DNA of 64,000 nt from contig OU015567.1 of the NCBI GenBank assembly GCA_907165135.1, positions 5,084,001-5,148,000 on the forward strand, written 5' to 3'. Made by a program: the position numbers and the translations under genes. Shown here piece by piece: positions 36,901-47,763 of the stretch (its first letter is position 1; every line of letters begins with the position of its first letter). Under the pieces are notes generated by a model. The model was not told the origin of the DNA. It was given only the letters and a program-made list of their open reading frames with translations, and did not search any database. This DNA is from Oikopleura dioica (Eukaryota; Animalia; Chordata).

Positions 36901-39260
36901 TTAGTAAAGGGGCGTTGTCGAAAATGTAGTTGAAAACAAAGCTATCTCGTTGTTGACTTCTTGGAACATGTAGATTCGGTTCTCGTCGTCGCTGTTATCA
37001 TCATCATCCTCTTCGCCACCGTCGTCCGAGGATGATTCTTCCAAGTCTGTGAAATCATTCATGAGAGCGGCTTTAGAATCCTCGGAAATACTCGGTAAGG
37101 TGGCATTTTCAACGTCAGATCCGCACATGTCAGCCATGATACTTGAAAGGGCATTGCTCCGAAACGCTAGAATTTTTTTCAACTCTTTCAAAATACCGAA
37201 TACCCTCACATTCGTCATCGCAATCTACCGAACATTCATTCAGCCGCTGACTTCTGAGTGTTCTCCTCCATGTCTCCCGGTGAAAAAGAAACATTTTAAA
37301 CGATCTCAGTTCGGCGAAAAGTCTCTCGAAATAATTTTCGACACAACAACACATCTTCACATTTGCAAGAATAGGAATCATACCGATGATTATGCTATTT
37401 GAATATATTGAGATGGATATGCATTTTAATTAATTACCAAAATTAACCGCGAATGAGGTTTATTATAAAAACATTGTTTTTTTTTCTCGCCCAAGATTTT
37501 CGTTTCCCCTAACGCTAACCCTAACAAAAAATTTCGACATTCGAAAATTTCGAAATTGTCAACCAATCAGAAGCCTGGATTCTGCAAACTGGCCAATCAG
37601 CAGCCGAGTTTACAAAATTTGTCGAAATTATTTTGTCGGTTCCATTCCCAAATTTTTGGCTCGAAAGATAACCCCTCTTTATCAAACACATGGTCAAATT
37701 GACATGGAACTTTCGATCTCAATCGAAATTACAATCGGCAGATTTGACGTTATGAAAAGGCGTGACCGCATTTCAGTGCATTTATATGATAAATATTGAC
37801 AGGCTCAGCGCGCGTTTTGATATATTCTGTCACTCATTGGAATTCATTACCAATCAAAATCACGACTCAGCATTTTTTCCAAATTTCGAGTTTATTTACA
37901 GAATGAAAAAAATTCTATCAGCGACATGTTTTTTGGCATCGACAGGTTCGGCTCCGAGTCACTTAGCTTATGTAGTCCTTTTTTGAAGAGTTCTAGCGAC
38001 TGACTTTTATTGTCGATATACTTTTATATGTCCGGAATGATGGTCTCTAGAAAATTCTTGAACTCTTTCCTGAATAAGATATCTTGCGCAGCAAAAAGGC
38101 TCACTAAGAAGATCATTGCAAAGTCCAAAAATCTTCGTCCCAGGAGTCAAATATTCGTACATCACGTGACACTGAAAACCATCACTTTTCCATCATCTTA
38201 CAACTTACAACAACTTACATTCAAACAGTACATCTTCTGACAGGATCTTGCATCAACGGAATCGCCGGTCAACAATAAGCAGTTCAGAACTCTGAGCAAT
38301 TTCATTACCTCTTCATCTTTTTTCCTGAATCACAGGCTTTTTAAATGCGCGCTCAAGGCTGCCCTCCCTGAATAGCGAAATGCGGTTAATAAGAGCCAGA
38401 CTATCCGCTTATTCCAAGCTTTTTCCCACCTGCGAATTTGGGTCCTCGCTTCAGATTCTTTTTGCCTTAATCAACTTATATTTTAAGCTCTTATCTACAT
38501 TAGAAACCAAGGAAATTGATAGAAGAAGAAAAATCTCAAGAAAAATTTCAATTTTTGGTTTTTACCGATAAATTTTTAATTGTCGATTGAAATTTCAAAG
38601 CAATGCCCTTTTGTTCAAATTAATGTTCTCCTATTCATGCTTAAAAATTTGACGTGAACCTTATAAATCCCTTGAAATAATTAATTTATAAGTCGATAAT
38701 GCATAAAATATTTAATTCAATAACTGTCCATCAGAGTCAATCTAAGCTTAATTTTACGTGAATGTGAAATCTTTAAAAGCTTTTGAACTTGCAGTCAAGC
38801 CGGGAAATCGCAGGGACTTAATTGTGCTTTGAACAATGTTCCATGGAGACTCACTGGAAAGAGCAGACTTTAGCCTGATGAGAATATGGCAGACCTACTC
38901 CGAATACGGTTCTTTAAAATATGATTATCCCAGTCGAAAATTATACAGAATGTTATGAATAAATCATTAGTAATCATATCTTTTTTACACTGTCTAGGCG
39001 TAATCTTGTCTCGAAAAATCTTCTCCTGTCTTTTCTTCCTTTTGAACGCCTTTCACCAGGTTTGGAATTGAAATCAAGGAGGAGACCAATTGGCATAATC
39101 GCAGGTATTCTGGATGAGCCCGTTTCCGCAGGATTAAGTCATTAGGCTCCTACTTAGAATCTCTTGGAGCACAGAAGAAGGCGATTTGTAATTTTAATAA
39201 TTGAATTGGGAGAACTTGTAGACAACTTGCCGAAACTGTTGGCTTAGGCCTTAGTTGTTC
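36901..39260 (-). CDS. uncharacterised multi-exon protein with acidic C-terminal tract
   Basis: Exon frames bounded by gt/ag: RWEKAWNKRIVWLLLTAFRY, MKLLRVLNCLLLTGDSVDARSCQKMYCLN, CHVMYEYLTPG...FCCARYLIQ, final DLEESSSDDGGEEDDDDNSDDENR...TTPLY*. Confidence 0.45.
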
Positions 39261-39499
39261 CTTCAAAATGATGCTGTGTTTTTATTATTAATCTTTCTTT
39301 AATACGAAATATGCTCACTTCAGAATATTAAATTGAAAAGTTGCCCTTGATCTTGAGTAAAATTCTAGCATTTAGAATATTTTATTGATAAAAGAAGCTG
39401 GTATGTTCAATGGTAGTATGTCAGAAGAAGAGAAAGAGATGGCAGAGAGTCAAAATTGTTTATGTCGAATTCCAGTAACGGAGTTTAGAAATGAAATTT

Positions 39500-40940
39500 C
39501 TAGTCGCCGTAATAAGATCCGGAAAAGGTGTTGAAAAGATATGGATGACCGAGTAACACGCCGCGCAGCAATTCTACTTGAACGAATTCGCCGACTTTGA
39601 GACGCACGAACGCCGAGCACGATGATGATTGATAGCTAGAAACAATTCATAATGAATAGCATTAACAATAATTTCCAGAATTTGCTCGTAACTCACTTTC
39701 CCTGCGAAGTAATCGAGCAGAGCGCAACATCTTCCGGCTGTTTTGTCAAGACAACAAACACTTGTTTCCTCTTTTCATTCTGTAGCGCCGTGACTGTAAA
39801 ATGATAGATCCCCTCAACTGGAGCAACGAAAGCGCCAGAAATCGGCGAATATCCACCGCGGCCAAAACCAGCTTCTCCTATTTTTTCGATGATTTTTTGA
39901 AGAGATGGAAGAGAGGAAATTACCTGTTGATTGGTTGAGAATTACTCTGTCATAAACGACTGTAGTTGGCTTCGAATTGACACGGGTAAAGTTTTTGTCT
40001 GACAATCCTACTGTAAAGGCGATTCGAGCCGGCGTGCTTTGAAGGTTCTTTCAAATTCGAGTCGAAAATTGACAAAATTGAGCGCGAGAAAGAACATTTC
40101 TTGGGATGAGCTGATTCAAGCTGCTGGAAGAGACCTCGTTTTCCAGCTGTGTTGCAATTTCTTTAAGCAAATTTGAAAATTGAGGCTCGACTGCAGCTCT
40201 GCAGACATTTTCGGGACAAGTTCCGGGAGGACCAGGTGGCCCGGGCATTCCTCGAGGCCCGCGGCGACCTCCTTCTTGGTTTTCATTTTTCCGCTGAAAT
40301 TTTATTTTTTGAAAGTTGACTTTTCGACTGATTAAAAAAAAAATAGTTGAAAAGAAGAAACTGTATAGAAAAGGCGAGAAAGGCAAATACTTTTCATTAA
40401 TGAATAAGTAAAGGATTTAATTGAATAAGAAAATTATCAGATGGCTGAATATTTGGCCGGCTGCCTGAATACATACCTGCCGTGGGGGGCGATAGTATCG
40501 TGACTTCTTCTTGTTGTCACCGCGAGCTTTGTGGATTGAGCGGCTTGCTGATACTGAATTATTAATTTTCAATGCTAGAATTTTCAATTTTTCCGATCAA
40601 AACTCAAGTTTGTTAGTTCAAGTTGGTAGATAATAATTTTTGTATTTTGAAAACGTATTCTTTTATTTTCAATTATCAATTTCTCAAGTTTTGGCAACAA
40701 AAAGACACGGGTTAAAAACTCGCCAAAACAATGATTACACCGAGGAGCGCAGGCATAATTATTGACCCAAATCGAGAAAATTTGAGACCGCAAACTTCAA
40801 AATTTCAAAATTTTTTCGCATTCAAGCACTAAAAACCAGCATGCGACGAGAAGAATAAAATTACGTTGGTCGAGCAGAATGTGGAATTTGTCAGTTTCGT
40901 CGATGGCCATGTGCTTGGCTCGATTTGAGGCGACTTGAAA
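39500..40940 (-). CDS. C1q-domain protein with short collagen repeat (C1QL/CTRP-like); 5' exons may extend to about 42.7 kb
   Basis: GRRGPRGMPGPPGPPGTC, then C1q: IAFTVGLS...VVYDRVILN | GYSPISGAFVAPVEGIYHFTV | SCSAFVRLKVGEFVQVEL...FNTFSGSYYGD* (stop 39500-39502). Confidence 0.85.
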
Positions 40941-41171
40941 ACGGGTGAAAAGAAAGAAAAAGGCGGAAAAATAAAGAAAATGATAAGTAGCCGCCGATGC
41001 GTCAAATAAAATCTGTGTATTTTTTGAAGTCCTGAAGAAAGTTTTGGCACGTGTCGTTTGCCCCTTAATAAGGTCACACTCGACGCAGGCGGCTCCCTTT
41101 TTGCCCGGGCCAAGGTCTTGTCTACAAACACAATTAACAGGTGCTCCGGCAGTTTTCCTCCCCCGCCCCCG

Positions 41172-41542
41172 ATTCAATTTTTTACCAAAATTTTCAAATT
41201 TTTTTCCAAAATTTTCCAAATTTTCAAATTTTTTTCCATAATTTTCCAAATTTTCAAATTTTTTTTTCATAATTTTCCAATTTTTTTTCAAAAATTTTCA
41301 ATTTTTTTTTCCAAAATTTTCCAAATTTTCAAATTTCTTTTCATAATTTTCCAATTTTTTTTCCAAAATTTTCCAAATTTTCAAATTTTTTTCCATAATT
41401 TTCCAAATTTTCAAATTTTTTTTTCATAATTTTCCAATTTTTTTTCAAAAATTTTCAATTTTTTTTTCCAAAATTTTCCAAATTTTCAAATTTCTTTTCA
41501 TAATTTTCCAATTTTTTTTCCAAAATTTTCAATTTTATTTTC
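41172..41542 (+). repeat. G-free A/T-tract satellite (about 10-bp TTTTCAAA subunits, about 155-160-bp higher-order duplication)
   Basis: About 370 nt without G on the + strand; block ~41201-41357 is repeated at ~41357-41520. Confidence 0.85.
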
Positions 41543-43967
41543 GAAAATTTTCCCCGTAATTGTTTTCTCAATAATTAAACTGCAATAAACTTCCGACCGC
41601 CCACGATGGAGCCATGTGACCTTTCAGACTCTTCTTATCTTAAGATTCTGAAGATACAGTAACGCTTCAGTTAGCTTGACAGTCAGAAGCAGGGTCGCTT
41701 ACTGGGTATTTGGTAGCTATCAAATGCTAATCCTGGACGACCTTGAATCACTTGGGCCTAAAGGGCCAGTGACAGTAAATGACAGTAATGGCTTACCTTT
41801 CTTGTGATGAAACAGCTTATTTGACTCGATTAGCCGGCCGTAGGGAGTGTATTCTTGGCGACATTCGGACAGTTTTTCAAGTAGCGTGAATATTAATAAA
41901 ACTGAATTCAAATTTTAATAATTATTTCTCGATTTTTATAAAAAAAAGTAAATAAAATAAATATTTACAAAGGTAAATTTTTCAGAAATCTTATTGGCCT
42001 ATCGCGAAAATCTGATTGGTCAAAAAATTTTTTTTTCTTTCTCGAAAAACTGCCAAAAAAGCTCGAATTTGATCGCTAGCCAAATCTTGTTGGAATGGAT
42101 TTCCAAAGGGAACTCACCGAATTTCATCTTCTTCTTTAGTGGCTAATCCTCTCTTTCTTTAGAACTTTATCTTCCTCGGTGGAAAATTTCGCCCTTTCGA
42201 ATTTTTTCTTGGCGCTCGTCGAGGGCGCTCCGCGGTTTTTTGCTCGTGGAGTTGACCTTGATACCCTTAAAATTTTTAAATCCGCCATTAATCTCTCACG
42301 GGCGCTTGTTGATTACGCTTTTGAATTGATCGGATGCTAAATATTTAGATGGCGGCGGGAATAAGCTATTTTCAGGGGTACTTAAAAATTTTATTAAATA
42401 ACTTAAAATTTTCTAAAAATCCGAAAACCTACCTTGATCAAAAAATTTTCCGTAAATTTTTCGAAAAGTAAAGTTTGCTCTTTTTCTGGAGAAAAAACTG
42501 TTTGAATGGAGTTATTGAATGATTTGTGCCTCACCCTTCCGGCTCTCTCTCTTTCTCTGAGCGACAGTAGTTTCAGCTGTTTGAGAAGAAAGCCAAATCA
42601 AATGTCAGCGTTGCCATTTACCCAAAAAAAACCGTAACGATTATGGCTTCAGAAGCAGCGAAGATTGAATCTTGTGAGCTCGACTTTTCAATTTTCTTCT
42701 GAGAAGATAATCAGCGATCATTTTCAGCAGGCAAAAGGCGTTTTTCAATGGCCTGTCTTTGATTGATAGCAGCACTGTTTTCCTCACTCAGTTTCTTTTC
42801 ATACAGTTTCTTTCTTTTAAAAAGAAATCGGGAGATTCTGTAAAAAACCTGAGTCAGGAAATTAAAAAAAGACAAGAAAACGCGGTTTTTGTGGTCGAAT
42901 AAGATTATTTTTTCAAAAATAAGGGCTTCCCTCCAAAAAGACGAAAATATTTGATAAGAATTTTTTAAGGGTGTCAATCAAAATACCCCTGTTTTAGTAA
43001 GTTTCCTTTTAATTGACAGCCGCCGTATTTCCGCGACACTAAACTCGCGCGGATAAAAAATTAAACGATCATATTTGGTAATGAAATTGATTGTCTTTGG
43101 CTTTACGGTTTCTCAAGAGTAGCCCTTGCCGTTCCTCAACAAACACCATAAATCCCCACGCCAAGTTCAAATTGAATTTTATAATCCCTACTCATCATTT
43201 TTCAGCTGCCCAATCTTATTTGCCAATTCTTCGAAATTTTGAATATTTCGATTTTTTTTGAAAAAAAAACACTAAATTTTTTTTCGATAAGCAGCAGTCT
43301 TTCGTCAAGTTTAACGACTTATCTCTGTGTTTTGCGATGTTTGTCCTTGACACGCGTCTTTTTTAACTGAAATTTTCTTTCAATGACTTACAGTAAATTG
43401 ATAATCCTTATCACAACAACAAAAAAACCTATCTTCGCTGAAAATCGACTTTTGATAACCTTTTTTTTATAAAATTTTCATTCAATAATTTCAACATTCC
43501 AAAAAAGAAAGAAAACCGGATGAAATGACACGAGTCGGATGTCGGTTCTTAGAAGCCCAAATCGCCGGAAGAGCGCGATTGAAGCCGCCGCTCTCGATTT
43601 CCGCCGTTTGTTTCGCGTTTTTTAATTTTCGAAACTTTATAGTTTGATCTCATCAAACTTGACATGTCCGAAAAGACGAAAAACATGAACTTGGAGTTTC
43701 TTTTCAACAAAAGTTCTTTTCGTTTTTTTTTCTACTTGAAAATTGTTCTTCATCGTTAATTTCCTTCTTCTGCAGCTGGTAACACGTATGTCAGAGTTGA
43801 TGTCATATGTTCTTATCTTCCCTGCTTTATGCATCATTTTTTTATTGTCGCAACACGCTTATCTACCACCCGTTCCTATAAAACGCTCCCCAAACCATCC
43901 GCTTTTCATTGAGTCCCTTGTTCAAATATTGCATCAAGAGAGGAGAGAAAAATATAAAAAAAAAAGT

Positions 43968-44922
43968 ATGAAGCTGTTTCATTATTTGATGCTCGGCGCT
44001 GCCATGGTCGAAGCTACCGGTGAGACAACAGCTGCTGGCGAAACTACGGAAGGTGGTAACACTGGCCAGTGGGCTGGAAAATGGGCCCGAGGAAAGAAAA
44101 AGAAGGCAAAGGCACTCGCTGCCAACAATCCTACAACTACAACAACCAGCACCACATCTACGACTACCACGACTTCGACCACTACCACCACAACATCAAC
44201 AACAACCACTTCCACGACGACAACAACCACAACAACCACTCCAACAACAACCACAACCACTCCAACTACCACTTCAACCACTACCACCTCAACCGAAGCT
44301 CCCACCGATCCCCCAACCGAGGCGCCAACTGCACCACCAACAGAAGCTCCCACCACTGGCGTCCCAGTCGACATCGCCTGCACTCTCAAGAAGGGAAAAG
44401 CCCTCGGCTGCGCTAACGTAAGAACTCCCATCTTTCTCCCAAATACCGATCGTTTCTTTTAGTTCAACTTGGCTACTGGTGATGCCCTTGCACAGCAGCT
44501 CATGGCTCTCGGCGAAAAAGGACGAGCTGGAGTTACCTCCGCCGATTTGAGCTACAACCCACGATTGGACGTGGCGACTATCCAGCAGATCCTTGCCTAC
44601 CTTCCAAACCTCAAGGCTGTCAACCTTGCTGGACTCGGCATGAGCCAGGTATGACGCCAACCTCACTTCCTTTAAAAAACCGTTTCAGATGCACCCCGAT
44701 CTTTTCAAAAACAACCCAAGCTTGAAGAACATCAACGTCTCCAACAACAACATCGTCTGCGCCCGAGGCGTCTTCTCCCACCTCAAGCCCAAGAAGATCA
44801 ACTACGGCGGAAACCCTGCCCTCCAGAAGATCACCGGCCGATCCAAGGCCAAGAAGGGCAAGGCTCTCCAGGATATTGAGACCTTTAACTCTATCCCAAA
44901 GGATCACTGTATTTATGTCTGA
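43968..44922 (+). CDS. secreted Thr/Pro-rich mucin-like protein with C-terminal leucine-rich repeats (3 exons)
   Basis: Signal MKLFHYLMLGAAMVEA; poly-T(S) tract and (T)EAPT repeats. LRR segments ADLSYNPRL, LPNLKAVNLAGLGM, NPSLKNINVSNNNI, INYGGNP. Introns 44418-44462 and 44649-44688. Confidence 0.85.
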
Positions 44923-45367
44923 ACAACTGCAACGAGAAAATAAATGCAATTTTTCATATAAAATGAAAACAAGGAAGACTTCTTTCTTTCTTGTCTTTCC
45001 TAAAATTTGTTGATAGGGCAGTAATCTATTTTCGAAATTGAAGATTTTGAGGTAACTGAAATAAGGCGGTAAATGAAGTGGAGATCTAGGCGTGTATCTA
45101 TAGTCAACAAAGGTGATTTTAAGATGAATTGAAGAGGAGAAGAGAAAACTTAAGTTTGAGAATATCCGTTTTGAAGGTCCAAGAACTGTAGTCTCTGCAA
45201 AATCGTGACGTTTGGATTGTACTCTGGCACTGGAAGCTTGACTTTTGACCGGTTTTGAAATCAGCTTGTTCTGAAAACAAGCAAAAATGAATTTTTAAAA
45301 TAAATAAATATCTGTAATTGCATCAAAATTGAACTTTGAAAGTTGTCTGGGCTTTTTTGACTGGCAG

Positions 45368-47159
45368 TTATTTTTCAAAACCATTTTCTATTCTTTCTTT
45401 TTGCGGAAACTTGAGCACCCAGTTTTCGTGGCCCGTCAGTGATTCTGGCAAATGGAATTCTTTCGCGACTACGGGCCATTTTTCGACGTTTTCAAGCTCG
45501 TAGAAGAATTCGTCTGTGTTTCGATTTTGGCTGCATTCGAGGCAGATTCCCAGCGATTTTTGCTGATTTTTCGCGAATTCATCGACTTTGATCGATCTTG
45601 TCAAAAACGATAAAGAAAGAAAAAGGAACAAAGAACGTACTGTAGGCATGCAAAGCAAGTTCGATGGCGAGGATAGGCAGAAAGCGTAGAGATAGAAATG
45701 GCTGCCTCGATCTTTCCCCATTTCCAGAGCTCCAAATTGTTGAAGAAAAGATGCAGAAGTGGGCGCATCGCGGCCACGTCGAAGGAAGCGTATCTGAGGA
45801 GCGATTCTGGCAGTGGTCGACGGGCCCAAATGTGGTGGTCAGTTTTGTGTTTTCCTTTACTAGCTTTGTATTTGAGTAGATCTGCCTCTGTGAAGACTGA
45901 AAATGTGCTGGTAAGAATGGTGATGATCGAAGAAACTTACATTTGTACGCTGACTCCAGTCCCAAAGGATGACCCTTATCACCCGGCTCAACAAACCCAT
46001 CCGTCAGGTGCGCTAGCTTATGTCGATAATGAAACTCCACCGCTGAAATTAACAAATAAACATCAACTCAACAGCTGTCTCGAATTCAAACCTTGGAGAT
46101 CGACATAACTGGCGATTTTGATGCCGAAGCTTGCGTATAAATTGGCAGTATCCGAGCACCCTCCCCAGAAGAATTTGATTTTCTTTGGGTCTTCGAGCAT
46201 CTGACGTAACCAACCGTCTTTTTCTCGAAGTTCTTGATCGCCTGTTTCGAGGATGTCCAGGAGGAAGCAGTTTGGGCTTTCGTATGTGTTGACTGAAAAT
46301 GGGATTTATTCATGAAAAGTACAAATAGCAAGATCTTGTCTTCAAAAACATACTTTGAATGACGGTAATCTTTCCATTTGGTCCAAGCTGGTCTCCTTCC
46401 TGGTCGATCAACAGATAATTCGCCAATTCTACGTATTTCTTCACTTTCGCCAAATCTTTCGGCGTCGCGATATACGCCATTTTCATCGCATCTGGATCCG
46501 TCGGGCCCCGGTCAAAGAACACCTTTAGTTCTTCAACATCAAGGCAGTAACTTTCCCGCCATCGGTAATAAACATTCCTTGCGCAAGCTCGAACAGCTTC
46601 AATTTTTGTTTGTCCCTCTCCGGCAAAATACCTGAAAAGAGCTTTAACAAAAGAAAAAAGTGAGAAAACTTACTGTCCATCAAGATACGTATAAACTTTC
46701 TGGCATGAATTCATCCTCTCGTGGTACAATCGTCCTGGCTTTCTGAAGAATGCGATGAATTCCTTGCTGCAAATGAGCTCGTATTCCTGCCAAATCTCTT
46801 CTGGAGACCTAGAAGTCGGTAAAAACTCGTTCTCAAGGCCAATTTTACTTTGAAAGCAGCTGTTTTTCGACCATGAAGTCTTTGAAAACAGCGATCGCAT
46901 CTTTATTCACAAGGTCTTTTGTTTTCCCTCCCCATGTGTTATCCAGCGTTTTGGAGAAGGGTTTGACTTTTGCTGTGGACATGATGATTCTCTTTTCTTT
47001 CGAAGTCGTGTTGTACTGGTACTTGATCTGGACATTATTCAGTTTCTGAAAGAGCTTGTTATCTACGATCTTCGTCTACCAGACACTCACCAGACAGTAA
47101 AGGTATTCATCATCGGATAAATCGTGATAAACAGGAGCTTTTTCCTTCGTCTCTCCCAT
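45368..47159 (-). CDS. EXD1/Egalitarian-like DEDDy 3'-5' exonuclease with two N-terminal dsRBD-like domains and a C-terminal CxxC-CxxC (Stc1-like) finger
   Basis: Spliced frame gives ExoI LIDQEGDQLGPNGKITVIQ, ExoII LEDPKKIKFFWGGCSDTANLYASFGI..VDLQ and ExoIII WARRPLPESLLRYASFDV. N-terminal ...GGKTKDLVNKDAIAVF and ...YFAGEGQTKIEAVRACARNV; C-terminal CFACLQSIKVDEFAKNQQKSLGICLEC. Confidence 0.85.
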
Positions 47160-47456
47160 CTGACCTCTTCTTTCTTAAATTTTTGGTTGATGAAGAAATC
47201 CGAAAATATTGAATTTGTTAAAAAGATACAGAAAGAAAAAATGATACTGTATGATACTTGAATAGGATTCGAATGAAATTTTCTGATTGTACAAAGAAAA
47301 GAAAGAGTTATAAATAGAGAAGGGATGAGAAATCGAATTTTCATGACTTGTGTTGACTTGTTTTTAGTTGATTCTAATGCAGCAGAAATAGTTTTTAGTA
47401 GGCACTGTTCTGGAAATAGGGAATGAAGCAGGGAGTTTGTTATACTTTGAAGAGAG

Positions 47457-47573
47457 CTGCGCTCAACAACCTGCGTAGAAAACCTGACTCAGAGTCTGAA
47501 AGATGCCGGCTTTTCATTAGAACTGCTCTTTCATGAACCCGACTCAGGCTTTTTGCGCAGTTGGTGAGCTCAG
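47457..47573. mobile_element. family B hAT MITE with perfect 8-bp TSD
   Basis: GAAGAGAG (47449-47456) | CTGCGCTCAACAACCTG ... GCAGTTGGTGAGCTCAG | GAAGAGAG (47574-47581). Confidence 0.88.
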
Positions 47574-47763
47574 GAAGAGAGGAACTATAATAATGGTTTA
47601 CGCGCTTTTCAACTATTCCTGGATGAATATTGAAAACTTTTTCTAAATATTAATCAATTATTAATTTTAGCATAAAAATTATGTTCAGATTGAATTCTTC
47701 TTTCATTTTTTGAGAAGCAATATTGCACGGGTAGGTTCTTTTCAAAAAAGGGTTCTTTTTTCT

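Noticed and set aside
40468-40545. U1 snRNA-like start ATACATACCTG
   Set aside because: It is the reverse complement of a splice donor (cag|gtatgtat) in the C1q gene; no U1 stem-loops or Sm site follow.
40797-41429. ORFs with KKFENLENFG / FQIFKFF repeats
   Set aside because: Translations of the G-free satellite.
43982-44431. Val-rich antisense ORF and alternative-frame Gln/His-rich ORFs
   Set aside because: Shadows of the Thr-codon repeat in the mucin gene.
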